From contig OX597824.1 in the NCBI GenBank assembly GCA_951406725.2, positions 84,010,001 to 84,074,000 of the forward strand: a stretch of DNA of 64,000 bases. Direction: 5' to 3'. The first letter of the stretch is position 1; each line of letters begins with the position of its first letter. A program made the translations under genes and the position numbers. The notes under the pieces were generated by a model. It made no database searches. It had not been told where the DNA came from and saw only the letters and a program-made list of their open reading frames with translations. Positions 52,746 to 64,000 of this stretch are shown piece after piece. Source of the stretch: Octopus vulgaris. Its lineage: Eukaryota.

Positions 52746-54177
52746 CGGTTCCTGATAAACTTTTGTTTATCCTGTTGTTGTCTGTACTCTACGTGTTTGG
52801 TGTGGCTGCACACCAATGCCCCGAGGATAATACAGATACCGATAGTATATGCAGATATTTTATCCCTTAGTTACTATAACCACTAACTCTGTTTACATAA
52901 ATATCTATCTAGCTATGGTTCAAGTTCAGTCCCACTGTGTGGCATCTTGGGTTTTCTTATATAACCAGAGTCTGATCAAAGCATTGTAAGTGGATTTGGC
53001 AGACAGAGAAGCATGTGTATATACATACATACATCCCACTTTTGAGTGGGATAGGCTTCTCGACCTGAACAAAATTCTAACTGGACCCCACCTGCAAAGT
53101 TATGTGCTGTTTATCTTGATATGAGATCACCATGTCGCACACATATGGTTGTAATGCATGTGCCTAGTGTACCTTTATCAGACGGATAGTCATGAGGGGT
53201 ATACTGGGCTTCGTATATTTTATCGCGGTGTCACTTTGATGGCATGCTCTGCTCTCTCACTCAATAATAATGATAATGATAATAATAATAATCCTTTCTA
53301 ATATAGGCACACTACTTCTGCTCATGATCAGAGATGCACATATCGTCAACCACTAAGGGACATGCTCAACTGGTTACGGTCAAGCAACTGACAAGCAAAT
53401 CTGTGGTATTGAGTAGAATATTTGCTGTAGCCCATCTTTTATACCAAGACAAGACAATGTACATGATAACACTTCCAATCAGTTAAGATCAGAAGCCATG
53501 AGAGCCGCTGCCTGGTACTGCATCAGGGCATGTATTTATTTATTATCATCATCAACATTATTATTATCATCATCATCATTTTAAGGTGGCAATCTGGCAG
53601 AGTTGTTGGCATGCCAGGCAAAATGTTTTGCAGTATTCCATCTCTCTTTACATTCTGAGTTTGAACTCTGTCAAGGTTGACTTTGCCTTTCATCCCTTCT
53701 AGAGTTGATAAAATAAGTACCAGTTAAGTCCTGGGGTTGACGTAAGTAACTAATCCCCTCCTGCAAAACTGCTGGCCTCATGCCAAAATTTGAAACCGTG
53801 GCAGCAAACTGGCAGAATCGTTAGCATGCCGAGCAAAATGCTTTGTGGCATTTTGTCTGTCTTTACGTTCTGAGTTCAAATTCCACTGAGGTCAACTGTG
53901 CCTTTCATCCTTTCAAGGTTGATAAAATAAGTACCATTTGAACAGTGGGATCAATTACTTCGACCCTTCCTCTACCCTTGTGGCAAAATTTGAAACCATT
54001 ATTATTATTATTAAGGCAGTGAGCTGGCAGAATTGTTAGCATGTCAAAAAAAAAACAAAAAAAATGCCTAGCAGCAGTTCTCCCAGCTTTTCATTCTGAG
54101 TTCAAATGCTGCAAAGGTCAACTTTGCCTTTCATCATTTTGGGGTTGATTATTGTACTGGAGTTGATATCATCAACT

Positions 54178-54210
<33 letters not shown>

Positions 54211-54259
54211 ATGTGTGTGCATCCTCCTACAATTCTAGCTTTGTTTCTAAATTAGAAAG

Positions 54260-54609
54260 AATTATCATCATCATCATAATCATTGTCATTATTATTATTA
54301 CTATTATTATTATTATTATTATTATCATCATCATTATTATTATTATTATCATCATCATCATCATCATTATCGTTATTATTATTACTATTATTATTATTAT
54401 TATTATTATTATTATCATCATCATCATCATCGTCATCATTATTATTATTATTATCATCATTATCATTATTATTATTACTATTATTATTATCATCATCATT
54501 ATCATCATCATCATCATCATAATCATTATCATTATTATTATTATCATCATCATCATCATTATCATCATCATCATCATCATCATCATCATAATCATTATCA
54601 TTATTATTA
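54260..54609. repeat. (ATT/ATC)n trinucleotide tract
   Basis: Directly visible; gives poly-I, poly-L and poly-M ORFs. Confidence 0.95.
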
Positions 54610-54962
54610 AAGGGTAAAGACCCCCTTCAGTCATGAATGACCATGGGATTGCACCTAGAAAGTTACCCTCCTAGACACAAGTCTGGGCAAGGTTGTTTTT
54701 ATGGAAGGCCAGCAGTCGCCCATGCATACCAGCCTCCCCTCTCCACGCCACCAGTGTTATCCAAGGGAAAGACAAAGGTCGATACAGCTTGGCACCAGTG
54801 ACGTCGCAACTCATTTCTACAGCTGAGTGAACTGGAGCAACGTGAAATAAAGTGCCTTGCTCGAGAACACAACACGCAGCCCGGTCCGGGATTCGAGCTC
54901 ACAACCTCACGATCGTAAGCTCGACGCTCTAACCACTGAGCCATGCGCCTTACATTATTATT

Positions 54963-54994
<32 letters not shown>

Positions 54995-55779
54995 TATTAT
55001 TATTATTATTGCCATTACTATTGAAGTTATTTTTGTTGTTGTTATTAACAGCTTGATTACACCATTTCTTATTTTGATTTCTCTTTAGGAGTTTTGAATA
55101 GCATGTCATCAATCCAAGTTTAATTAAAATTCATCACCTTAGGTTTAATTTCTTTGTTCGTTATAAGACAGTTTGGAAACCAGTATAAATAAATATTGAT
55201 CACTTTGCTTTGAAATTTCAATCTCTTCTATTATTTCTGTATTTTTAGATCTCCACATGTAATAATCATATTAATCAACCATATCTCATTGATTAGGACC
55301 ATTAGTTTAGTTCTTGCCAGAGTTTATTGTCGTTCATTCGGTGAGGCTTGAAAAATGACGGTTTTACATGATCACCTATGGCAGATAGATGAACAAGCTG
55401 ACGGTAGTAATTGCTATAGTTTGACAGTAACTTTAAATGTGTTTGCTATTTAAAATAGATGTCAGTCAAATTGCTACTAAACGGTGGTGAAGAAGCTTGC
55501 TTTGTGACCACATGGTTTCAGGTTCAGTCCCACTGTGCAATATCTTGGGTGAACGTCTTCTACTTGTAGCAAGGCATGGACTATTTTGTCACTGGCGATA
55601 TTCAGTTGTGGTTTGGCACACACCCCAGTCAGTCAAAGTTGGCAATGTAGGGTTATATATAACAACTTCCATTCAGCTGCACTGTATGTCTGTTTTGAAA
55701 GAGCTAAGTAAGTTGCAGATTTTACATCGAGGTGTTAAAACCTCACCATTAAATCTGCAACTCACTTACAACATAGAAC

Positions 55780-56313
55780 TTCTTCTTGTCTTGGGACAGC
55801 ATTCACCTGGAGTGGGTTGAGCTGGCTTCATTCATCCTCAATGCTGCATCTCTCACAAACGCCAGCCAGGCCTGGCGATTTGAGGCTAACAACTGCGTGA
55901 TCTCCAACCAAACCCTATTCCAGTGGTGAATGCCATAGACATGGGGGAGCCTAGGTTGGGTTCCAGATCAGCCTTGACTGTCATCAGCCACGTTTTTCGT
56001 TGTCCACCACATCGCTTTCGCCAACCCTGAAAGGGAGCTGGGGCAATTGCTTCGTAGAGGAATTCTCCTGGCTGACAACAAAGGGAATGACCCAGCCAAC
56101 GCACCACCAAAGTACGGATCTACAAAGCACTAGTGCAAATGATTCTCCTTTACAGCAGCGAGTCATGGCCAATGAGGGTGGAAGATATTAAGCGACTAGA
56201 GTCCTTCGATCACCTCTGTCTATGCCGCATCCTTCATGTCCGATGGCATCACTTTGTCTCCAACAATTCAGTGCAACACCAGTGCAAAATCACCTCCCTC
56301 CGACAAGTCATCC
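55780..56313. mobile_element. RTE-clade LINE 3' fragment with 5' inversion
   Basis: + strand about 56103-56320: TKVRIYKALVQMILLYSSESWPMRVEDIKRLESFDH.CL.RILHVRW..VSN..ILQ. - strand 56102-55780: RWLGH...GWRKRCGGQRKTW..VKADL. TSD tacaacatagaac at 55767-55779 and 56314-56326. Confidence 0.88.
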
Positions 56314-56597
56314 TACAACATAGAACAAGTGCCACATAGCAGAAAAATCATTTTCTACTGTATGGCACCTGTTCTATGTTCATCTCCAACTTAACCAATT
56401 GCAGATTTAATGGCTCTAGTGCTCCTTCAATGTTTCTGTTATGAATTTATTACAGTGTTTACAACCAGCATGCAGTTCATTTCGTTTTTATCTGATTTCA
56501 TTTCTCAGCTTATACATGTCTCGCTACGCAGCACTAATTCTCTGATATTCATTGTAACATCCACGTCATACATGTTATAGTGGTATTTATTAAATTG

Positions 56598-56817
56598 AAG
56601 GTGGCAAGCTGGCAGAAACGTTAGCACACCGGGCGAAATGCTTAGTGGTATTTCGTCTGCCGCTACGTTCTGAGCTCAAATTCCACTGAGGTCGACTTTG
56701 CCTTTCATCCTTTCGGGGTCGATAAATTAAGTACCAGTTACGCACTGGGGGGAGATATAATCAACTTAATCCATTTGTCTCCTCTGTGTGTAGCCCCTTG
56801 TGGGTAGTAAAGAAATA
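56598..56817 (+). mobile_element. Nin/Deu-core tRNA-derived SINE, monomer with TSD. Other copies approx. 56-268(-), 31024-31079, 38346-38576, 39592-40030 (two), 53583-54180 (three), 59369-59600, 60677-60909(-)
   Basis: A-box-like agctggcagaa, B-box-like gagttcaaattcc (gagctcaaattcc in this copy), core gcctttcatcctttcggggtcgataaa; 16-bp TSD ggtatttattaaattg at 56582-56597 and 56818-56833. Confidence 0.88.
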
Positions 56818-57958
56818 GGTATTTATTAAATTGGTGACTACCAACCCAACTAACTTTGTCACTCTCACTGGTGACCTTCTTACATATTGTCTGCTGTATT
56901 TCAACATATTATCTTATTGCTAAATACTCTAGCCTCAGAGAGCAAGGCATTGAAGCTGATGAGTGGATCTGGGACTTGAAAATCAATAGAAGCCTGTCGT
57001 ATGTATGTGTGAGAGAGAGAAGCGAAGGCACATGGCTCGGTGGTTAGAGTGTCGAGCTCACAATCATGATGTGGTGTGTTCGATTCCTGGACTGGGATGT
57101 GTGTTGCATTCTTGAGCAAGACATTTTATTTCATGTTGCTCCGGTTCACTCAGCTGAATAAAGGAGTTGCAGTGTCACTGGTGCCAAGCTGTATCGGCCC
57201 CTTTGCTTTTCCCTTGGATTACATTGGTGGCATGGAGAGGGGAGGCGGTTTTGCATGGACGACTGCTGGTCTTCTATGGACGACTGCTGGCCTTGCGCCT
57301 CGGAGGGAAACTTTCCAGATGCAATCCCATGGTCATTCATGACATAAAAGGGTCTTTACCCTTTACCCTATATATATATAGCTAACTTGTAAACTATTTA
57401 TATGTATGTACATATATATACTGAGTAGCCCATTGTTACCAGACAGTTTTCACAATAGAATGCTTTTATTTCAATTTTTTTTTTATTCCATGTCTTCTCT
57501 GTTGGATAAGCCTCTTGATCAGGATTGATTTTTGCATTATTTAGTATTAATTTGCAATGTCTCGATAAAGGAAGTTGTTTTTTGTTTTTCTTTTTTGGTA
57601 TATTGATGTGATTTTTCACGTGAATCCGATATTGTGATTCATTTAATCCAGAAAAGATTCACAAAAATGTTACAGATGGGTAAAGTTTGATAAACTTTGC
57701 CCAATCAGAAAACAGGATTGAAAGCTAGCATTTCTTGCATTATAGATGTCTATCACAAAATGAAAGTAAACACATTACAGCAAAAAAGTTTTAAACAAAT
57801 TGAAAGCAATTACACGTCACATCAAGGGAGAGAGAGGGGGGAGCATTACGCATGAGAGATATACATATACAGAGAAAGAGAGAGAGAGAGAGTGTGTAGT
57901 AAATATACATAGAGAGGGAGAAAGTGTAAAAGTCAGATAGACAGATAACGAGATTTAA

Positions 57959-58179
57959 CCCTTTAGTGTTTAAACCGGCCAAATCCGGCCCAATATATTC
58001 TACATGTTTTATATTCAAACTGGCGATATCTAGCCTCTCACTCCTAACCTACAATGCCATTCTAAAAATAAACAATCACATCATTGAAACCTCAAAGATA
58101 TAACATAATGCATGATTAATTCAAAACAATTTGAGTGAAAAAGTATTAGATTTAACAGAATATTCTGAACACTAAAGGG
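57959..58179. mobile_element. piggyBac-type MITE (decayed copies about 1180-1380 and 24150-24858, the latter split by a family C insertion)
   Basis: TTAA-ccctttagtgtt ... aacactaaaggg-TTAA. Confidence 0.85.
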
Positions 58180-58602
58180 TTAATGATATACAAGTTCAGT
58201 TGTTTTTCATATCAAATTATGTTTTGATTATTATTTGCTGAAAACTTTCTGTTTAGAAAGCAGATTTCAAAAGTCAAATCTATTTTTCTTGTAGACACAC
58301 CATTTCATGCTTCTCAGAGTTATAAACATATACATACATACACTCTCATTTATATCGTATGCATATCAATAACAAGAAATATTTAACAGGTAGAGATTTT
58401 GTATTTTTATTAATACATAGCTACATATGTTTCAGCATGACATGTAATTTTATGAGACCACATCCATAGGATATTATTAAATATTTATAATTTACATGAA
58501 CCCTAAGGGAGCCCATTAATTCAACATGCATACTTACTTCTTCAAGTAATTTTTGTATTATATATAGTTATGTATATATATGTGTGTGTGTGTGTGTGTA
58601 TG

Positions 58603-58661
<59 letters not shown>

Positions 58662-59692
58662 TCCTCACAGAGGCGAGGTGGCTGAGTTCCTTTCGAGCAT
58701 TGGGCCTCATGGAAGCAAAGTAGCCGAGTTTCTTTCAAGTGTTGGGCCTCATGAAGGCAATGACCAAAGCCTTTGGCATTATGTCATGCTTGAAAAGAAG
58801 ACCCATCAAGCCAAGCAAAATCACATGTGTGGTAGATACCGGTGTCATGCAAATGGCACATAAAAGCACCCATTACACTCTCAGAGTGGTTGGCATTAGG
58901 AAGGGCATCCAGCTGTAGCAAACCATGACAAATCAGACTGGATCCTGGCGCAGCCTTCCAGCGTGCCAGCTTAGTCAAACCGTCCAACAAATGCCAGCAT
59001 GGACAAAGGACGTTAAACGATGAAGATGATATATGCACACACACACACTGGCTTAATGCAGTTTGTATTTATTAGTTTCACTCACAAGACATTGGTAAAC
59101 CTGAGGCTATGGAAGAATATGTTTACTAAAAATGTCATGTAGTGAGATTGATCTCAGATCAACACTGTTGTCAAGTGAGCATCGTAAGAAGACAGTTATA
59201 CATAAATCTGTGTATATTTACATAAATGCAAATGCTGGTGATGGATTGGGGGAGAGGTTTTTAGTCTTGTCATGGATAACCCCTCTCTAGCAGATTGGTG
59301 GCACTGCTGCTGATGCTGCTACTACTGGGATGGCAGAGATGATGATGGAGTTGACAGCGGTGACTGTCAAGGTGGCGAGCTGGCGGAACCGTTAGCACGC
59401 CGGGCGAAATGTGTAGCCGTATTTCGTCTGCCGTTACGTTCTGAGTTCAAATTCCGCCGAGGTCAACTTTGCCTTTCATCCTTTTGGGGTCGATAAATTA
59501 AGTACCAGTTATGCACTGGGGTCGATGTAATCGACTTAATCCGTTTGTCTGTCCTTGTTCGTCCCCTCTATGTTTAGCCCCTTGTGGGTAATAAAGAAAC
59601 AGATAGTGGTAACTGTCAAAGGTGAGATGCAGGTGGTGGGTGCTGGTGGTTAAGCATATCCAAATAAACATATTGGTGTTTTCTCTTTCCAG

Positions 59693-59784
59693 GTGTTGCC
59701 TATCACAAAATCTGAGACCCCGCCTGATGACGGAGCTTACATCCATGGATTGTTCCTTGATGGTGCACGCTGGGACTGTAATCA
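59693..59784 (+). CDS. DNAH12: DNAH12-like exon
   Basis: Not in the ORF track. ctttccAG|GTG...AAT CA|GTAAGT; VLPITKSETPPDDGAYIHGLFLDGARWDCN contains the GLFL(D/E)GARWD hallmark; phase 2 matches the next exon. Confidence 0.93.
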
Positions 59785-61494
59785 GTAAGTAACCAGAATG
59801 TTACAATCATGAGCCTATAGAATAATTAACCCCAAGATTATGGAAGTTTCCAAGACATTTAAGTGACTGAGTACAAGACACTCCCAGATTGGGAAACCCG
59901 GCAAGCCAAGAGTTCATCCCTAGTTGTTGTTTGTACTCGTTTTCAGATGTGTGAACAGAAGCAGCATCAAATGAAGTGTCTTGTGTGGAGGCACATGGCC
60001 TTGTGGTTAGAGCAGCGGACTGGCGGTCGAGGGATCGCGGGTTCAAATCTCATACTGGGCAATGTGTGTGTTTATGAGCGAAACACCTAAGCTCCACACA
60101 GCTCTGGCAGAAAGGTAATGGCGAACTTCTGCTGACTCTTTCGCCACAACTTTCTCTCGGTCTTTCCTCATGCATCTTGCAGCTCACCTGCGACGGACCA
60201 GCGTTCCGTCCAGGTGGGGAACCTATATGCCAAGGAAACCGGGAAACCGGCCCTTATGAGCCAGGCACGACTCGAGAAGGAACAAACAAGTGTCTTGTTC
60301 AAGACCATAGAGTGATTTTTTTGTTGTTTTTTCTTTTTAAAATTTAACTTGGCCATGCTTGAGCACTGGCTTGAAAAATTTTAGCTGAATAAATTGCACC
60401 CCACCACCCAGTATTTTTTTTTGGGGGGGTAAGCTTGGTACTTATTCTATCAGTCTCTTTTGCCAAACTGCTAGGTTTCAAGGCTATAAACACACCAACA
60501 CAGGTTGTCAAGTGGTGGGCAAATACAGACACACACACACACACACATATATATTTATATGTACAATGGGCTTCTTTCAGTTTCTGTCTACCAAGTCCTC
60601 ACACAAGGCTTTGATCAGCCTGAGGCTATAGAAGAAGACACTTGTCAAAGTGCCACACATGCACCTATATTTTAACTATTTCTTTACTGCCCACAAGGGG
60701 CTACACACAGAGGGGACAAACAAAGACAGACAAACGGATTTAGTCGATTATATCGACCCCAGTGCGTAACTGGTACTTATTTAATCGACCCCAAAAGGAT
60801 GAAAGGCAAAGTCGACCTTCGCAGAATTCGAACTCAGAACATAATGGCAGACGAAATACAGCTATGCATTTCGCCTGGCATGCTAACGGTTCTGCGAGCT
60901 CGCCACCTTAATTTTAACTCCACTATTTTTAACACCTATATTTTAACTCCACTATTTCATCTTCACAAGATAATTGGTCTGTCACTTAGCTGTAGCAAGA
61001 TAGGTTATTCCACATAGGCGCAGGAGTGGCTGTGTGGTAAGTAGCTTGCTTGCCAACCACATGGTTCCGGGTTCGGTCCCACTGCGTAGCACCTTGGGCA
61101 AGTGTCTTCTACTATAGTGTCGGGCCAACCAAAGCCTTGTGAGTGGATTTGGTAGACGGAAACTGAAAGAAGACCGTCGTATATATGTATATATATATAT
61201 ATATATGTGCGTGTGTGTCTGTGGTTGTCCCCCTAGCATTGCGTGACAACCGATGCTGGTGTGTTTACGTCCCCGTCACTTAGCAGTTTGGCAAAAGAGA
61301 CCGATAGAATAAGTACTGGGCTTACAAAGAATAAGTCCTGGGGTCGATTTGCTCGACTAAAGGCGGTGCTCCAGCATGGCCGCAGTCTAATGACTGAAAC
61401 AAGTAAAAGAGTAAGAGAGCATGAATTATACCTTTGAATCAATTACTAAGACATTTAATATATCCATTTCATATTTACCATTTGTCTTTTGCAG

Positions 61495-61756
61495 GGGTAT
61501 CCTAGTTGACCAGTTACCAAGGGTTCTAATTGAACCAATGCCCCTGATTTGGTTGAAACCCAGCTACAAGGATAATGTCGTTGAAGATGGAAGCCGCTAC
61601 AATTGTCCAGTTTATAAGACCAGTGAAAGAAGAGGGACTTTGTCAACCACTGGTCACTCTACTAACTTTGTCCTGGCCATCCTTTTGAATACAGGAAAAC
61701 CAGTCCAGTACTGGATCAAGCAGGGAACTGCTTTATTATGCCAAACTGATGATTAA
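61495..61756 (+). CDS. DNAH12: DNAH12-like terminal coding exon
   Basis: ttttgcAG|G GGT ATC...; GILVDQLPRVLIEPMPLIWLKP...YNCPVYKTSERRGTLSTTGHSTNFVLAILLNTGKPVQYWIKQGTALLCQTDD*, the canonical inner-arm dynein C-terminus. The six exons total 987 nt in one frame. Confidence 0.96.
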
Positions 61757-61770
61757 ATTTTTACTGAGAA

Positions 61771-61776
61771 AATAAA
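61771..61776 (+). promoter_or_regulatory. Candidate polyadenylation signal of the dynein gene
   Basis: AATAAA begins 15 nt after the stop codon and is followed by a GT/T-rich stretch (tattgtgttctctt). AT-rich context makes a chance match possible. Confidence 0.45.
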
Positions 61777-61974
61777 CATGGATATATTGTGTTCTCTTAA
61801 ATACTAAATAGCATGAATGTGTATGTGTATGTATATATATATATATATGAATATGATGTCCCTGTATGTCCGCAGCCTAATGACTGGAACAGGTAAAAAG
61901 CAAAACATATACACACACACATATCTATCTATCTATCTATCTGTCTACATCTCTCTCTCTCTCTCTCTCTGTAT

Positions 61975-62331
<357 letters not shown>

Positions 62332-62522
62332 TGGTTGTATACAGGAAATGTATACAACCTGTATACAGGAAATGTGTCGAAGCCGACAGAAAGCGTCGAT
62401 GCTTCCTAGGGCTAAACAGCGGTGGTGTAATCCCCTACTGTCATGTTAAGTTGACAGTATACAACCATTCTATCGCCCCACCACCGTACATATCTCTATG
62501 AGATATTTAGAAATATAATATT

Positions 62523-62634
<112 letters not shown>

Positions 62635-62780
62635 CTACACTCATGGAGTGGTTGGCGTTAGGAAGGGCATCCAGCCGTAGAAACATTGCCAGATCAAACT
62701 GGGCTTGGTGCAGCCTTCTGGCTTCCCAGACCCCAGTTGAACCGTCCAACCCATGCTAGCATGGAAAGCGGACGCTAAAC

Positions 62781-62816
<36 letters not shown>

Positions 62817-63143
62817 ATATATATATATTATATATACATATATATATAGAGAGAGAGAGACAGACAGACAGAGATAGAGAGGGAAGCCATCTCTCCAACT
62901 ACTATCTTCACAAAGACCAGATCAGCTTATCCTGTCTCTTACATAAGCTGTCTCCTTAAGCGTTCAGAATAATTTTTCCATCGTCTTCGCTTAACAGCCC
63001 TCATTGTTTGTTTTTACTGTTTTGTTCTCATTGTTCTGCCTTTTACTGTTTTTACTGTCTTGTTCTCACTGTCCTGTTCTTGTTACCACTTTAACCCTCT
63101 GCAAAAAATCCCAAAATTTACTTAATTTGCTTTGCAGGAAGGA

Positions 63144-63201
63144 CTGTTTCAATGAAGTCACGTCTTGTCCTTACCTTCGAAACCCGGAGTAGATGAAACA
63201 G
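63144..63201 (+). ncRNA. Decayed hammerhead-like motif (CUGA half of the core deleted)
   Basis: CTGTTTCA / TGAAACAG 8-bp stem I; GAAG..CTTC-GAAA-C-CCGGA-G-TA; only 'atga' remains of CTGATGA. Confidence 0.4.
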
Positions 63202-63603
63202 GGACAACTGAAGAAGGGGAATATTCCTTGTATTGTATGTCTTGTTTCTCTGTTTTTTTCGTTGTTTGAAAAAAGGTTCGTTTCTATGTTTTTGTTTTTA
63301 TGTTTTCGTTTTTCATTGTGTTCAACGTTTTTTGATGTCCTGTACCCATATATACATGTATGTATATCTTTTATCTTTTACTTGTTTCAGTCATTGGACT
63401 GCAGCCTTTAAAAGTTTTAGTTAAATGAAATGATCCCAGTATTTAAGTTTTTGCAAGGTGTCGCATGTGACTGGCTAGGGATGTGATGTGATGTCTTTTC
63501 AGGACCCTAAAAGAAGACCTGTGATTGTACAGATGCTGCTTAACCCTTTCGTTACTGTATTTATTTTGAGATGCTTTGTGTTTCTTTCAATTAATTTTAA
63601 ATG

Positions 63604-63992
63604 TGGAAGCACTCCGTCGGTTACGACGACAACGAGGGTTCCGGTTGATCCGAATCAACGGAACAGCCTGCTCGTGAAATTAACATGTAAGTGGCTGAGC
63701 ATTCCACAGACACGTGTACCCTTAACGTAGTTCTCGGGGATATTCAGCGTGACACAGAGTGTGACAAGGCCGGCCCTTTGAAATACAAGGTACAACAGAA
63801 ACAGGAAGTAAGAGTGAGAGAAAGTTGTGGTGAAAGAGTACAGCAAGGATCACCACCATCCCCTGCCGGAGCCTCGTGGAGCTTTTAGGTGTTTTCGCTC
63901 AATAAACACTCGCAACGCCCGGTCTGGGAATTGAAACCGCGATCCTATGACCGCGAGTCCACTGCCCTAACCACTGGGCCATTGCGCCTCCA
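63604..63992 (-). mobile_element. SINE family A copy
   Basis: Reverse complement of 8789-9172. Confidence 0.9.
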
Positions 63993-64000
63993 CTATGTAA

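Noticed and set aside
53040-53540. Two non-coding segments ending in (TAA)n/(TAT)n that look like retroelement 3' ends
   Set aside because: Single occurrence in the window with no ORF or TSD, so I cannot classify them.
59785-59794. Alternative donor at 59789 (GTaacc)
   Set aside because: It would include an in-frame TAA; only the donor at 59785 keeps frame with the terminal exon.

Overview
Repeat-rich, AT-rich animal genomic DNA, most likely a coleoid cephalopod (Octopus-like; inferred from the SINE families and microsatellite load, not from a search). The only host gene I can support is the 3' end of an axonemal inner-arm dynein heavy chain, DNAH12-like. It has six + strand exons (16601-16786, 25133-25236, 29054-29258, 41227-41364, 59693-59784, 61495-61756) that splice GT-AG in frame into 328 aa plus a stop, across introns of 1.7-18.3 kb. 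The rest is intron or 3' flank filled with at least four SINE-like families, LINE remnants (RTE, CR1/L2, HERO- and R4-like RLE elements, Penelope-like), mariner/Tc1/piggyBac/hAT relics and MITEs, and long microsatellites. Almost all long ORFs in the track are microsatellite artefacts. The most notable unannotated signals are: (1) five hammerhead-ribozyme-like motifs, all on the + strand, mostly inside microsatellite-flanked or Penelope-associated elements; (2) a SINE that forms exact 184-bp head-less multimers at two independent loci and tends to insert at RGTA sites; (3) a clear twin-primed, 5'-inverted RTE insertion; (4) long foldback elements and a possible A-to-I recoding site. Repeat boundaries are approximate and were read by eye.
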